Below, one piece after another: positions 21,106 to 36,400 of a DNA stretch of 64,000 nt. A model generated the notes under the pieces. The model saw only the letters and a program-made list of their open reading frames with translations, made no database searches and was not told the origin of the DNA. Where the stretch lies: positions 68,448,001-68,512,000 of the forward strand of contig OZ320318.1 in the NCBI GenBank assembly GCA_976226885.1. The letters are read 5' to 3'. Numbering within the stretch: the first letter of the stretch is position 1; every line of letters starts with the position of its first letter. The stretch is from Iphione sp. A-MEVVRFRX5. Taxonomy: Eukaryota. Both the position numbers and the translations under genes were made by a program.

Positions 21106-24100
21106 AACTGTTAATGACGAGCAAAGTTGAGAGAGATTTACTGGCGAAAATGGATTTACCAGAATAGCACTGTCAATTCCATGCCTCGACGCACAGAGGA
21201 AACACATTTGGGAAAATGAAGTAGCAGAGGGACTACCAAGGGGAGAACAAAAACTTCAGACGAAGTAATTCACGGTAAATAGAGATAGATGTAGACACGG
21301 GTCAAGCTGCAGGGATGGTATTCACACAGGCGGAAATCACGATAGAGGAAGACTGAGCGAGATCGAGCAGATGCGAAACCGGAAGAACATAAGAACGCAG
21401 TGAAACCAACCACGTGATCGATACGTAGGCCTTTAACCCTACAGACACAGTCAGGCGCCTCCACGCCATCGTCGCCTGCAGCGTCCGTCATGTATTGTTA
21501 CTTTATCTAAGGCGCACATGTATTTTCTTTCGACATAGATCTTACGCAAATGGTTGTGTTAAAGCCCATTTTTTACCACAGGACATTCGCCCTGTAAAGC
21601 CTTTCTTGTGTGTTACCGTGAAAGGAATGGCAATTAAGTTTTGAAGAATTCTTTCCGGGCACAATTATAACTGACGGGTAAGTGACGCATTTATAATCAT
21701 CCTCGATTCCGTCAAATGTAGATAGGGAAGTTCTCAAAATGTTCCTCATCTAAATGGGTGCACACTTAAAAGCCAAATGCCTTTAGACATAGATCTAATC
21801 CCCAACTACCTGTTGACCTGCAAGATACACACTCAAAGGGACTTGTTCTTCGATACCACTGTTTATTGATAAATGAATACCCCTCTGACTGCCCCATACG
21901 TAGAGGAAATATTATGTTTATTTGCTTTAGCATGAAATGTATTCAGGTGGTATCATATTGGACCGTGCTAGCACTTTGCCATAATGTCAGCGTTATTTAC
22001 ATGGTATACGTATATATAGACGTATATGATTTATCGTATGCACAAAGCAGGTAACGTGACAGGTAGTGTCACCATATTTCTACACAGTGCTGAAGTCTCC
22101 TCCTTCTAGTGGAGGCCGAGGAGACCATCGTAACCACCTCCTTTAATATTATAACAGCTATTGATCAGTCTGCGCCGGTCCTTTATCTCCTTACATCTTT
22201 AGCGGAGCGTGCTACATTTGATAATTATGAACGTGGCTTGTTCTATCTGTGTTGTTACCAACGCGTGTGTCGAAGCCTGTGATGCGCTCGGGGGATTGGG
22301 GGCAGGCGGCGATAATATTCAGGCAAATCCCTCCCCCCTTCCCATGCTTTGAGGTCCCTGTTCAATATTTACGAGTCTCGAATGGGTTTCAATTTTCGCA
22401 AGAATCTGCTGGAAATTTCCCGGCGGACAGTTTTTGAGCATGGCGGCGACACTGGAGGATCTCGAGCTAACTAGGACTAGCACTGTCACACTCTCAAACA
22501 GGCCCCTGATCAGGCCCCTTGGTTGGGGATACTGGCATCACCCTGGGCTTCCCAGAGGTGGACAGCTTCTAGGTTTGCAGAAGTAGATAGCAAATCCCTA
22601 AAGCCTTAAAGATGTCACCGTTAGGGTCTCCGGGGTGTTATTGATTCGTCTTATTACTGAAAGCGTTTAGCTGGATGGAGGCCAGTTATCACACACATCC
22701 AATCGCTGCTTACACATTTAGAGTAGGTCTATTGTAATAGGACCTACCTTGGTTCTTTCTTAACGTAGTCCTTCACGGGGGTGGGGGGCCAATAACGTTT
22801 TCAATTTTTCTTTTACTTTCAGGACCTTTATTTTAAAAAGTTATCTGGGAAATTAGAGTCTTTAGGCCATGATACTGCAGCTTACATTAGTTTAAAATTA
22901 TGAATACTGTCAATGCTTTCTAATATCACTGGTTTTGTCGTATGGTTAGCGAAAGCTATGGATAGCTTGTTTTTTTTTCTCATTAGCACTTGAATATTTC
23001 AAAGGATTCTAGTGCAGAGTGCTCTTTTCTTGTCCCTAGGCAGCCAGCTAAGTGGTCAGAGAGGTTCAAGAAAGCTTGTATTTATGGAATAGTGAATTAC
23101 ATAGTAGGACACCCAGAGACGTTCCACGAAAGCTAGCCATAAGCATAAAAGTTGTGATATGCGGGAGGTTGCCCGAGGCCAGGTAGTCTATGGGGTAAGG
23201 GGACTAAGGGGTCGTCCTATTTGAGAGATGTATTTTCCCTAGGAAAATTCTATACAGGGTTCCACAATACATGTACATATATTCGTACGGCACAGTGGTC
23301 ACTATATATATTAATAGAAAACGGCATTCATTCCCGCACAGCCCTTATCTAGTAATATTTTGTTTCAGCGTCATACTTTATTCACACAACCGGCCCTGTT
23401 GTATGAATGCGATCCTTGCAGGAAAGGGGTAGGATCATCCGACAACCTCCCTCGCTCATTGCCGTTTATTTCTGCTTCTACTTTTATCCTTATTATAGTA
23501 AACCCACACTATTCTACCAGCACGATCATTTTTGCTGTTTGACATGAGAGAGATGTGCAGGGAATAAATGTTGCATACCGTTTGGCATTATCGTCCTACA
23601 AAGTGGCACGGAACGGGCGTTTAAATAAATCTCAACCCTCATGGGGAAATCAGTGCATCTGCAGAGCTTCAGGCACCATGGTAGAAATCTGCAGCGTAGA
23701 CTGTTCATTATGATATGAAATAGGCTTTTGAAACCAGACATGTACAACCAGCCCAGAACAGTAAAGTGAACGGGCATGTATATACAACTGGTAACAGATT
23801 CTGGCAAACGCTCCACTTGTAAAAACAACCTTCACGTGACAACTTACCATCCGTCTGCATGCGCCTATCCGGTACGCTGCATGTTCTGCTGAAGATTTTG
23901 GTGAGACGTGTGTATCATCCGAATAACATGTTGTTGTCTTAAGCATTTATTAAAGACAACATTTATCACGTAGTTTCTACAAATTCTTTTGTATTCAAGG
24001 ATATTGAAGCATTACATTTTTGAATTTGAATATTTTTGTTCCACTTCTTGAGTGACAGGAACAAGAGGTCTTCCGGTGAAATTGAAAAAAAAATGTAATC

Positions 24101-26196
24101 ACACGGACATACAAAATAGTACAAGGTAGAAATTGACAATGAATAGAAAGTAAGAAATAAGACAGCGAGGTATCTGTTCACATTGAAGTAAACATTCTCA
24201 CAAATCAATCATCGTCAGGCTACAGTTGAGCTGTCACCAGTTAACCTGCCAAGCAGCATCTTCTTCAGTGTACTACCATTCTTGCACTTATGGAGGTGAC
24301 CATGGAGGTCATTCCACCTACTTACACTCATGTACCGAAAACACTTTTCTGCCTCGGTCAGTCTGGCTTTGTACAAAGGTAATACAGGGCCTGTGCTTCG
24401 CCTAATTGTCCCCCTTGCCCTAGAGGCTTACACAATCCTAGATTGAGTAGCCTATGCACTAGTGCTACCCCAGGATCACTACCTCTATGAAACAGTCTTC
24501 TTACATCAAGCATCCTCCTAAGTGATTTGGTAGATCTCCACGATTATCTGGTGTCCAGTACCACCAGTTTCAGTAGCTCGTTATACTCTATCTGCAGATT
24601 GGTCACCGAGTTCTTCCCGACGTGGACGATCAGAAATATCCCATACTCGAAGATGGGATCTGTAAAAGCCGTGAAGACCTGCACTCTGTCACTGAAGGGG
24701 AGTAACGAGGAAAATTTGTAAATTAGGGCTTCGGCACTGGATGAAAGTGAGAGACGCTGCTTCATCCACACGGGGTAATTCGTCGACGTAGTTTACACCC
24801 ATTACGTTTGAGTTGTGTACGGAGTTGTAATGGATACCAGCAAGATATGATATTACGTCGACGAACGTGCCTCGACTATGGACTGCCATACACAGTGTGA
24901 TGAGTAGATGCCGGGAGTTGCGAGGTTGGCGCAGATATATATCATCAGCACATTCCACGGTGTAGAGTTCTGTGAGGAATGTACTGCGTATGCTCCAGGA
25001 ACCATATGACCTTTGCCCACGAGCTCTGCCCTTACCTAACGCATTGTGACGCTGATGGGAATGTCCCTGGACCTGGACCTTACAGCTATGATTATCACCC
25101 ACGAGCCTCAAAGTACATGCGGCGATGGCTCATTTCCTGCTTGTTATTTACCTATAAAGAGAGATTGGAGACAGCCTTAAGAATAAATATGGCTGTGATT
25201 AATGTAGATTGGATCTTAATGTAGCCAAAATGCGTTCTAAGGGAGCAGGTATGCAACTAGATTTCGTAATCACAAAGAATGAAAACGGAAAAACATAATA
25301 ATTATGCGTTTAAGATTGCTACTGTATAGGACACACGCACATGTACAGGACATTAGCACTCATACAGTGTACCATTGACCACCCTTTTGAACAATGAGGT
25401 CAACATATTTGTCTACTCACGTATGCGATGGGGTAAACAAAGAGTGATGTTGGTTAAAATAATTCTATGTTAGCTAACCCGTGTGGTAAACATGTCACGA
25501 AACTGAAGTCTGACCCTGCAGGTTCACGTTCCCTTGCACACTGGGGGTCAATTTCCTCCAACTGTAGTTCGTTTCCAGGCTCCTAGCTTTACAATACACC
25601 GTTATTTCAATGATTGTAAATTCATTCAATAATACATAGGCATTGGTCAATGCTAAATGCATTCTGGCGGCACCCAAGCCGAAGCAGACGGATTGAATCA
25701 TTGATGCTCATCGATCAATCTACCTGTCTATGCGAGGATATAAATAACTAAGGTCCAGGTCAGCGGATACCTAGGATCATGTGTGCCAACCACTTATCAC
25801 AGATTTAACCCAATATACGACTTGCCGAACATACCCTTTCCTTTTGAAGGCAGCGATCAATAATGTTTTTGCTGGTGTTCTGCTGATGAGGCTGGGTGGC
25901 TGCCAGCTGTGCCTGTAACCCGAGAAGCAAGCAGTATTTCCCATCTAGGTGCAACTTACCAGGAAACCCTTCAAAAGGCACGGGAAAGACGACGCTTTCT
26001 CATCTGTATCCCCACAATAAATATTGAAAGTCACTCGTGACTTATATACTTAAAAAGCAATACAATGTGCATCTATGTATAGTGCATGCATGCATGTGCC
26101 TTCATTAATTAAGGACGTTGGCAGCTATAATAATGAGAAGAATCAATAGGCTTCACTCTAGCAGGTTTCAACATAGCTTTGACTATGTTTGTAGTA

Positions 26197-26374
26197 CAGT
26201 GGAACCTCTATTGGCGCACCAGCACCCAGGACAGACTTCAAGTGGTCGTATTGGTGAGAATGGTCGTAAATTGCACATTTTTAGTATGAGATATCAAGAC
26301 TTTAGTTCCTACCTGAGTGGTCATATCAATGAGGAAAGTCGCACATTGATGTGGTCACAAATAGGGGTCCACTG
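26197..26374. mobile_element. Tc1/mariner-pogo-type MITE with TA target-site duplication
   Basis: TA|CAGTGGAACCTCTATT...AATAGGGGTCCACTG|TA. Ends are inverted repeats with two mismatches; 178 bp. Confidence 0.8.
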
Positions 26375-28096
26375 TACCTTATCGAAGTTTGAGTACACTT
26401 CCAACATAAAACAGTTTAGAAAGGACTTCTACTTCCGTCCCTCTCTGAGACCGGGTAATTATATACATTTGCATTTCCATTCAGTGGAAGTATGTATTGA
26501 AAATACGACGTGGAAACACCTAATAACTAATACTATTTAGAGTATACGCAAGAGTGCAGGGTGGTTAATACTAGTGATTTCCCTTGCTCTTGGTAGTCCA
26601 AACTGTGTATATGCATACATACATAGTAGTACTTAACTTGAAACGTAATGCGGATTTTAAAAGACGGTTTTTTGTGAACCAAGAGTAAATCGCTTGTGAA
26701 CGATACACGGCTCCGATGTAGGGAGAAGTTTATGTCTCAGACCTTAGAAAAACATTCACAAGTCTTGGGAGACCTTAAGCAAGAGTAGATGTTCTTTTTT
26801 CAAAGATTATCTGGATCCCATCGAGGGATCCACTCTTAAGACCGAGTATGAATGGTCGTTTCCTCAGCCACTGTACGTCATGTGTACACTTGAGGTTTTA
26901 TGGCGAGTTGTTTCAGCCGGGCAAATTCAGTCACCGAGGAGAAGCAGCTGCAGCCTAATGAATCTCACTGCGAATGTGGGAAGTGCCGGTAATTAAATCC
27001 AACAACGATTCAAATTTATGAGCTTCGTTATCACATTTGCATTTGCATGGCGTTTTTGGTCGTACTTGACAACTCGGGCCCGTCGAAAAGGCGTCTGGCT
27101 GGGAGAGTTTCCCCAAGGTACCAATACTTGGACTCATCCACTGATCCAATCAATCACTCGGTTGTCGGCGCCGTACGGAGCACGGAGACCGCTAGTTAGA
27201 GACATGTTTCATTGGCTATCACAGAGGGAATATTTGTTGGCATATTTAATTGCCCACTTTGGGCAATTCATGCCGGTGATGGAACGTCACGGCTGTTCAA
27301 AACCAGCAAGTCAGAAGGTGGATTGCTGCTGTTGTCGCTGTATTTGCTCGTGCCATTATGTTCGTCAACTGACGTCTTCAGCCATATATGACTCCTATAT
27401 TGTTTCAAATGGCTGATTCTCAGTAATGTGTGACTAACAGTTAATTGTGTGCGTTTGCACTCATGGCATGACTTGTCACTTTCGCACATATAAACTGGAA
27501 ACTTTCATAAATGAATTCCATAAGTAAAAACAAATAAACGTTACATAATTTGTTATTGCCAATTAGTTTTTTTGCTTCTGCAATTTAAGAAAAGTCACCC
27601 TACGCAAAATGGCCTTTGTATTCAAGTAACATTGATATTTTATTTGTAAGTCAATTTCCTGCACCAAAACCCCGAAAAACTACAATGTTGAATGAATTTT
27701 TAAATTTTTTGATCGGTCAATTCTGGATATGTTGATTTCTAGGAATTATTAAACGATGGCTTCAATGTCTTTGTAACTTACATCGTCTTGTGTTTCTGTG
27801 TCCATAAAATTGCTTTCATGCACAAAATCACTAGTTTACTGATATACATAGATTTTATGGGATACACTAAACGTATTGTCATGAGGAAGGCCAAGCAGAA
27901 ATCTTGCACATCGTTATATGGATATTTACTTGACAAATATCTGATTTGGGTATTGAAAATAATGTGGCATTGTCCAACATTCAAATGTCTTTGATCGGTA
28001 GAACTGACCCTTATGTACTTTCTAGGTAAAGAGCCTTTTCTATTATCAGAAAGTGATTTGCACCCAAGGGTACTAGAAAGATTTGCCATCACTGTC

Positions 28097-28099
<3 letters not shown>

Positions 28100-28159
<60 letters not shown>
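28100..28159. repeat. (CT)n microsatellite followed by short (ACCT)n
   Basis: Direct reading. Confidence 0.97.
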
Positions 28160-28161
<2 letters not shown>

Positions 28162-29537
28162 CTACCTACCTACCTATACATGTAGTTATATTTGTTGATG
28201 GTGCAGACAAAAGATTCGCAAACTCGCACACACGGAAATTCGGGCAAGCATATTATGTTTACGACGGTTGAGGAAATACACCGACAAGTTTTCTTTCGGC
28301 AGAAAATAATATAAGGAACCAGTATCCTTTAAAGGAATGAATCAAAGTTAATCCAAGGTTTCTTTCTAAAGTAAATTACTGTTCCCCTTGCTCACCTATT
28401 CATTTCGGACTTGCCGCAGGCTAGAGACTAATTGACATATAATATTTAAGCCGGTTGGAGTCTGACAGGTCGTTGGGACGGTCAATAAAAAGCGTGTCAA
28501 GTGTGTCTAGACGGAGTTAGTGCAGCATGCACGTTTGAAACATTTACTGTTTTAAAAAGTTAAAAATGCAGAATATCGAATCCAGATTCCATCACTTGGA
28601 TTAATCTAAGGTCTTCCTGCGACACCTTTTACATTAGTGACAGACAAATAGGATGACAGGAATAAGTACACATTCTTAGGAATGATTTCTTGATAGGTAG
28701 TCTATTAATTATGGATTTACCACGAGTTTCCTCTCTCAAAACGGTTGGGAATGGAAATCCTTTGTGACTAGGTTGGCTTTCTATAATTACAAACCACTGC
28801 AGTTCAGGGAAATCCATATCCTAATGATAAAGTTATTGTTTCTATCGTTGAGCATTTCCTGTATGCTCTGAACACGTCTAATCTGAGAGTGATTCAGCAA
28901 AATAGACAGAGTATCATTTAAGCATCCCTGTAAAACTCTCTTTGTTCTTCACATCCGAAGGCCCGATCGCCAAAAAGTATACCTCCACGAACGGACACGA
29001 TTCCTGCCTATCAGTTATTGGCTATATCTGTGTATTCCATCAAAAGGTGATCTGCCTGTAGTTGGGGGAGCTGAACCTCGGCCTCAGGCCTCCTCTCTTT
29101 CCTACATCTTGCATATGAATCTCCTCATGCTCCATGGAGTGATCCACAAGGCCTTGCACGGAAAAGGCATGCTTCTTGTAGTGGGTATCCGCCAGTGCTT
29201 GAAAGTATTGTTTTCTGTCTCTCTTCTTAATATTAGGGATCTCCCTGATCATTAAGTAAAGGGAACAATTAGACACCCACATTTGCATTAATGTGTACTC
29301 CATGCACACTGTTCCCGTTTAGCTTACATCTCTGTATATGTACATGTCTATAATATTTATATGTGTATAAATTTGTACGTGGCTGAATTCATGCAGATGT
29401 GCCCCAAAGGGCGGAATCTCGGATTTTCCCAGAGGAAATTGAGGGAATGACGACTGAATTAGTAGCCTCAGTAAAATGAGATCTGAAAAGGACCATTGCC
29501 AAGAGTAAAGGGCATAAAGGCAGTGAAATATTCGTTA

Positions 29538-29540
<3 letters not shown>

Positions 29541-29584
<44 letters not shown>

Positions 29585-29610
29585 GAGAGAGAGAAAGGGA
29601 GAGAGAGAGA
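29541..29610. repeat. (GA)n microsatellite with a degenerate 3' part
   Basis: Direct reading. Confidence 0.97.
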
Positions 29611-32600
29611 CGTACGCATCAGAGAAGGTACTAGACAATGATAATGGATCCGTTATACAGTTCTCTTCTTTGTGTATCAGTTAGGTGGAAATATATTACA
29701 CGTTTAATGTACCAAAAGGATGTAACTAACAAATATATGACCATTTATAACCGGTCCTGCGTCACAATTAAAGAAAAGTTATTTTAGATATAATACCATG
29801 CAATTTGCCCGAGATTTACTATTCACCGTTGACGACATACAAAAAAACCAAGCGGCATACACATTCATTTATGCGGAAGTCATGCATAATACATTCTACA
29901 TTATTCTCTTATATGAAGTCTACTCGAAGGGAAGGTTCAATAGCAAGCATCAGGCGACGTCTAAAGGACATACCATTTCTTTCCATACTAACCTTGCTTG
30001 GCCAATGTATGGAGGTCGGGAATTACTGCTGCTACCATGAGGTCCAGTTTCCGTTCGTCTGTCAGCAGACAAGAGTTATTTATGCCATGTCCGCACAACC
30101 GCTGGGCCCGTCAGACTGTGGGATGTAGATACGTAAATTAGATAACATATTCCAGTCATATTTAGAAAAAAAGAATCTCCTACTCTGACAAACCTAAATA
30201 TTGTTCCAATTACATCATACCTTATTTATAATTCTTATAGCTCTATGAAAAAAGGAAAATAATTAGTGGCACACAAACACGTACTGAGTCGCAAACAGGT
30301 TGATCTTTTGAAACAAGAAGACAAAAATAGTGTTCACTACAACATGTATGCCGACGCGAAATCAATGCTTGAAGGAGACCGTACTTTGTGACTGCAACAA
30401 ATGAAGCCTGTTCTATGGCGCTCGGCTATACAGGTCCTTCTTCTCTTTGGTAATGACAATCTGCTCTTTGTTTGACGTTGTGAGTTAAAGCGAGCAGGTG
30501 TCCACCGGAGTATGGAATGCCGAGGAGCTCCCACAACAGTCGTGACGAAACTGAAGCCACACGCCACGCACATGCCAATGAAACTGCAGCTTCCCATGAA
30601 GGGAGTAAATTATACATCAGGACCGAAGTATTACTTGGTACAGTATTTCTAACCATCAGACAGGAACACGAGAAAATTCCCATTAGGAATTCTTGAATAC
30701 CATTATAATTGACAAGGTTTAGCAGCTTCGTAGTTAAAGCAACATCGTTGATAATAGTTGTTAATTCCGACAGACAGAGCTGCGTTTAAAATGTGCAAGC
30801 TGCATTGCAAAAACTGTGTGACTGATCCAAACGACGTACTTCTTTAAGCAAGGCAAACGTCCTGTTAGTGTGCATGTGTTGATATAATAAATGTGCTCAA
30901 ACGCAGGCCCAACAGTAAATCAGCTGAACCGACAGGTAAAATCACAGCCACTCTTCTGCCTTTGATGATTGGTGAAAACACGTGACAAATATATGTAGAA
31001 GCATACCAGTGCAAGTTTCCTTTCTACCGGTGACGAAAAACCGGTATTTGTCCTGTTAATGAATTATCCCGAGCGAACACTTAAGTATACATGTAAACGT
31101 AAATAGTTCTCTCTAACCTTTCCTCAAAAAGGAGTCGTTATTGACGAAGCAACTCCCATGTCTTTCACCTTGATGCCGCGATGCAAGAAGCAAAGGTAAT
31201 CAGAAAAACATACTCGTAGGAGCGCAGTAAGTTTCAAATGGGGTGTTTTTACGCCTTAGGGAACTAACCTTGCAGTTCATGTAAGAACTTAATGGAAAAA
31301 CTTCATTATTGCTTGACTTCGACTGCCAATTGATGGGAAGTCAAAAGCAAAGTTAAAGAAGCGAAGCTGGAAAGCATGAAGAATATAAACATTAATAACA
31401 CTTCTAGAATGAACTTGTTGAACCTCCATAGCTGCCATTATTGTAAACCGACCGCAACTGACGGTCCACACGATTACCATGAATGGCAATAACAATCTCT
31501 ATTCCTAAAGTGTAAATCCTTCATGACGCAGTTGGATAAAAAACTGCGGTAACACAAGAAAATTTCAATTCCAGTTTTTAAGAAGAAAGTCACAAGCATT
31601 TAAGTCTCTTATCTATCAGGGCGAGTGGTCGAAATTTCCGGCACAGTGCAACTATACCTACACAATACATTCTACTGCTTACGATAAACCAGCGATGACG
31701 CTAATTCCCGAAAACATGTCTATCAGAAACCAAGCGTGACTAACTAAATCTTATTACGTAGAAGAACCAAATGTGAAATAGAAGAATTAATTTGAAAATT
31801 AAAGCCAAACAAAACAAATCATTTTGACCGTTCAATGTCTTCATCCTCATCAGTTTCAGAATACTTTGCACATATTTATAACTTTTCAAAGGCTGTACCA
31901 TTGAAGCCACTCTCCATGATTTTCGAAATCTCGATAGAGTTTGCTCTACACGCAACGGGCCTTTCCTCATGTGGTGCCAAACCCGCAAAATAGGATGACA
32001 TTGAAAAGGTCTTGGACATTAGAGACATATTTGCCTTTACAGCCTGTCGTCTCCTCTTAAAAGCCAGGGGTGTTCTCAATATGAGGATGGGGCGCCAGGG
32101 GTGTGAGACTAGCAGCCTAGCTTGCAACTGAAATGGCGCTCTCCCCGTCCACTTTTTCACCCACTCACATTGCGGCATGGCTGATTTACATGACCTCCCC
32201 GACAGACAGTGTTATCGCACGATAACATTGAAATGTCAATGGATATCTCCCAATGAGCAGGCATCCTCCCGTCGTTGGCGGCACTGATAAGGACCTCCGT
32301 GTTGGCTGGGGCTTTTCTTCTTCGCTGATACACGCCATTGGCAAACAAATAACCCTGAATAATATAAATCTTATGCTATGGCGCTCACCAATTAAGCCAC
32401 GCCTCCTCGACATGCCTGCCTGAATTAAGCAACACAGGACAACGTTGCTCTGAGATGGAGCTTCCCCTTCTTTCTGCCTGACTCAGCCATTGTCGGCTGC
32501 CAATGCATAGAACGGAGAGTGGTATCCGTGGATGTCACGAGCCGGTAGACTGGGCCTGCGCCATCAGCGCATCGCCTTCGGGTGGCAGACAGCATGCGAT

Positions 32601-33355
32601 GATGGAGACGGTTGGCTAAGGCTGATAAGCCCACAATAACACGTTTTGTGCCATCTCACTGTAGTGGGGAGCCTCAACTTCCTAGGCCATTTCCCTATCT
32701 TGGCTGCATGTGGGACGCCCGCCCGTAGCTGTTGCACACCCTGCTGCACAAGCAAGAAGGTCAACCTGAGAGGGAATAATCGATTTTCGATGGAGTATCG
32801 GCTTCTTTCTCTCCACATGAAACAGGCTGGCCTAGTTTCAAATCTTTTTATGAAACACCTCACTAGGCTTACGAAAGTCTATGGTACATCGTATCAAAAA
32901 CACGCCGGGTAAAATATTGATACAACGTATAATGTGCCTTGCACTACAACACATTCTCCTGCTACATAACCTGACTTAAAAGATGTCGCGTTCAATATGA
33001 AAATATTTTACTTTCCTTCGAAAGGTTGTATTCTACTGTTCTATTTACTGTGAAATATTAATGCTTTAAGCTGAGGGAGGTAAATATTCACCGCCGTGAC
33101 CCTGTGTAGTCTGCTACATCTGTAGAGGTTTCTAGCGGCGATGATATGAAAAGAGAAATCCTGAGTAAGAACATTTTGTAATACCGGCACGAAATCAATT
33201 CAGGCCATAGACAGTAATCAAATATGCGTTTGATGAACGTAAGCATACAGGGAACTCTAAAGCTGATTGTTTTACGCCAAAGAATACGTGACAAACATAC
33301 CGAGAAGGTTGTCTGTATTTACACGCGAACAACTTTGAGCATCAATTGTAATCAT

Positions 33356-33491
33356 NNNNNNNNNNNNNNNNNNNNNNNNNNNNNNNNNNNNNNNNNNNNN
33401 NNNNNNNNNNNNNNNNNNNNNNNNNNNNNNNNNNNNNNNNNNNNNNNNNNNNNNNNNNNNNNNNNNNNNNNNNNNNNNNNNNNNNNNNNNN
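33356..33491. other. Assembly gap (136 N)
   Basis: Run of N. Confidence 1.
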
Positions 33492-36400
33492 TCATTTCTT
33501 CGTCTTCATATACCCTTATCATCTTCAGTGCTACCGTTTCCTTTGATATCTGCAAAATGATCCTGGTATTCAAAGGATTACTGCATTTGTGAAAGTATAT
33601 AATGCAAATGTAATAAAAATACTTTATTTGCATTTTGGTTAGCGCACCTTCCTGCACGATCGATTTTTCTACATTCTTGAGAATCAGTGTCGTGTAAACG
33701 GCAAAAACGTTAGCTGTATTTATGAGATGCATTCGAGTATTTATATTTATTCTATTTTATCTCGGTCAGGAAATCAGCATAATCGATTTTCAACCTTGAC
33801 TAACAGGATTTCTAGTTGAAATGGTGCCAGCAATCGAAGCTAAGTGAAGGTTGGGCATGCCAAGCCTCCCGGTCAATTAACAGCCTTTTGAATATATACA
33901 TACAAATGTACACATATTTCATGTTCTTGCATCCATAGCTTGCACATTTGCGAAAAACCAGACATAAGGAATATACTAGCTATTAACTAAGTGTCCAGAA
34001 ATTACTTACATAGATGTATAAGCATGATGCCGATCAACTGTTTTCTCGCATGCGGATGTGTATCTGGGATGGGCGATCTGTTGATTTCAACCACCAGTAG
34101 TATTCAGTGTGGCCTCCCAAGGGGTCCACTTTGTCTATTGTAGCTGAAACGTGTACATGGAGAGACCATTACACACCCTATTACAGGAGCATCTATACCC
34201 ACACACCTCTATGAAAAAGATACAAATACATGAAAAGACGACCTAATACTTTCATATTACGATATCGCTTTATTGGATTCAAAATGAGGCCAACTTCATC
34301 ACAACCTGAGCATCTATAGCACCACAGCTGGGCTCGGCAAGCCACATTGGTCAAGCAGAAAGCTTCAAAGAACTAAAAATGATTATACATGTATGTACCA
34401 AAAGAATGTGTAATTCTATGAATTTGAAGAAAATCTATCCTCAGTATCAAAGAAATTTGTTGATCAACATGACTGATGAAAATGGAGTATTTTCACCACT
34501 GGCTTACAGCTACTATCGCAGATGGCCTCATTGTCATATACTGCATGGATAGGGTCTATAGTTATAGCTGTCAAATTACTGGAAATTACTAGACAGAAAA
34601 GAGAAACGATAGCCAAAAGGGAAATGCTACATTATTGGTCTGATATGTGGACGTACAGGCACATGTACATGTAACTCCCTCGTCAATATGACAAAAGTGC
34701 TAAATCCGAGGTCAACAGGCGCATGCAAACTCTACCTGTACATATTAATGATATTTGGTGTACCTGTGACTGACTGTCTGTAAAAAGTATTCCCTTTTCC
34801 ATTCTGCTGATTTACGCGCCTCTCCTACGAGCTCTGCTTGGAATTCTCACGAAGGAGGAAAGGTTTAAATTGTATCAAGCAAGGGGTGTTATATTTTACT
34901 TTCGGCGACAGGTACATGTATTGATCTTCATTGGTGCTGACGTCGTGTATGTTACCGACGTTGCTTCTGGAACTCGTTCTCCATTATCATCTATTAAACC
35001 TTCCCGATACTGTCACATTCTATTCTTTTTTTCTGCCTCATGGCTTTTCTACAGACGGTTTCTGTGTTACTTCTAATGGTTAATGGCACTGACAGTCAGC
35101 CTATTACTGCCGCCTTTGTTACTCCTGTACAGGGTCCTACGTTACTCTTACGACCAATAAAAGCCGTGGGCGTTTATTCAAACTCCCAGCCTTCAACCTG
35201 CTTCTAATGCAGTCCATGACAACCAGACCTGTCTGAAAATTTGGGGAGACATCATTGTCGCTGGTCAGCGAATGGTAACATGTATTAGAAAAGATTTCTC
35301 ATACGCTTCTCTGTTGGAGGCAGTGAGACGTGCAATACATTATGCATGGCGCCTTATCCATACCTAGTGTAATTAGTTTATAAGCATTTCGCTTCACATC
35401 CTGAAAAGCTGTGTCCATAATTAAGTCCAGTTCAGCTACATTTGGATGATTGATGATGCGGCACTTGTATTCTGGTCTAATGCATTTTCGACCGACTTTT
35501 ATTCTGCTCCGCTTCCCGCCGATTGTGCTGATAGCGACAGCAGTCGGCAGGAGTATACCTGCAGACTGCCTGTCTGTAATGCGTACAGCCTAGTACCAGC
35601 AAATGTTGACGGCCACGCCAAAGTGCGTGGATCGTCCCATTTCTAACGGGCAATAAAGTCCCCTACAGCTACGTGTGGTGGTCCTCGCCCACAGACCAAA
35701 ATATTTCGAGAAGGGTCGTCTAGGTGGGGTACACGTGGCTTGATTTACCGAACTGTGGCCCGAAACAGATTATTCTATGTTTCTATGAGAAATTTTGGTC
35801 TATTAAATTTGGATATTGTCACATGCTACAGGCTGCCTTTTTTTAACAGTCTGATATGTTGCATGTGTGATTTACAATGGCGATACATATGTACTTGTAT
35901 CTCTCTATGGCAGCACATATCATCTGTACATAGTTTTGTTCTGTTTTTGCTTCATAATGGTGAATTCGAACAGCCCTATGAAAAAAGTATACTATTCTGT
36001 TCAGACAATATCAATGGCATGTACACCGGAAGGACACGGATTGGCTGTGTTTTCAATGTAGACTGGTCGGGCTAGCAATCAGATTCGAAACGCTGATAAC
36101 AGCTGTACTCATCAGGCTAAACCGGAGCTGCAATGGGTTTTGCTCCTAATGTTTGGTGGTGCTGATACTGCTACTGCTGCCGCTGCCACACCCATCCGTC
36201 ACCAGCGGGACCGCCGCTCGACGCCATGCAACCTGGCACCACCATTAGTTCCATGCAGTGCCGCTGGGCCTCTGGGTCCGTCGCTGCTTCTTTTTAGAGC
36301 AGGCGTTAATTCACCGAGGCGCTGAGAACCTGTTTGCCTCGTCCTACCTGACACTGTGGCTAGCCTGTCTAGAAACCTCGTCGGCAGCCTTTCGTATCCT

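Noticed and set aside
30337-30597. VVGAPR as an integrin FG-GAP motif
   Set aside because: A six-residue match with no flanking motif support
36085-36120. CTGATGA hammerhead-like cores (also 25885 and 40235)
   Set aside because: No GAAA follows a closable stem II on the same strand
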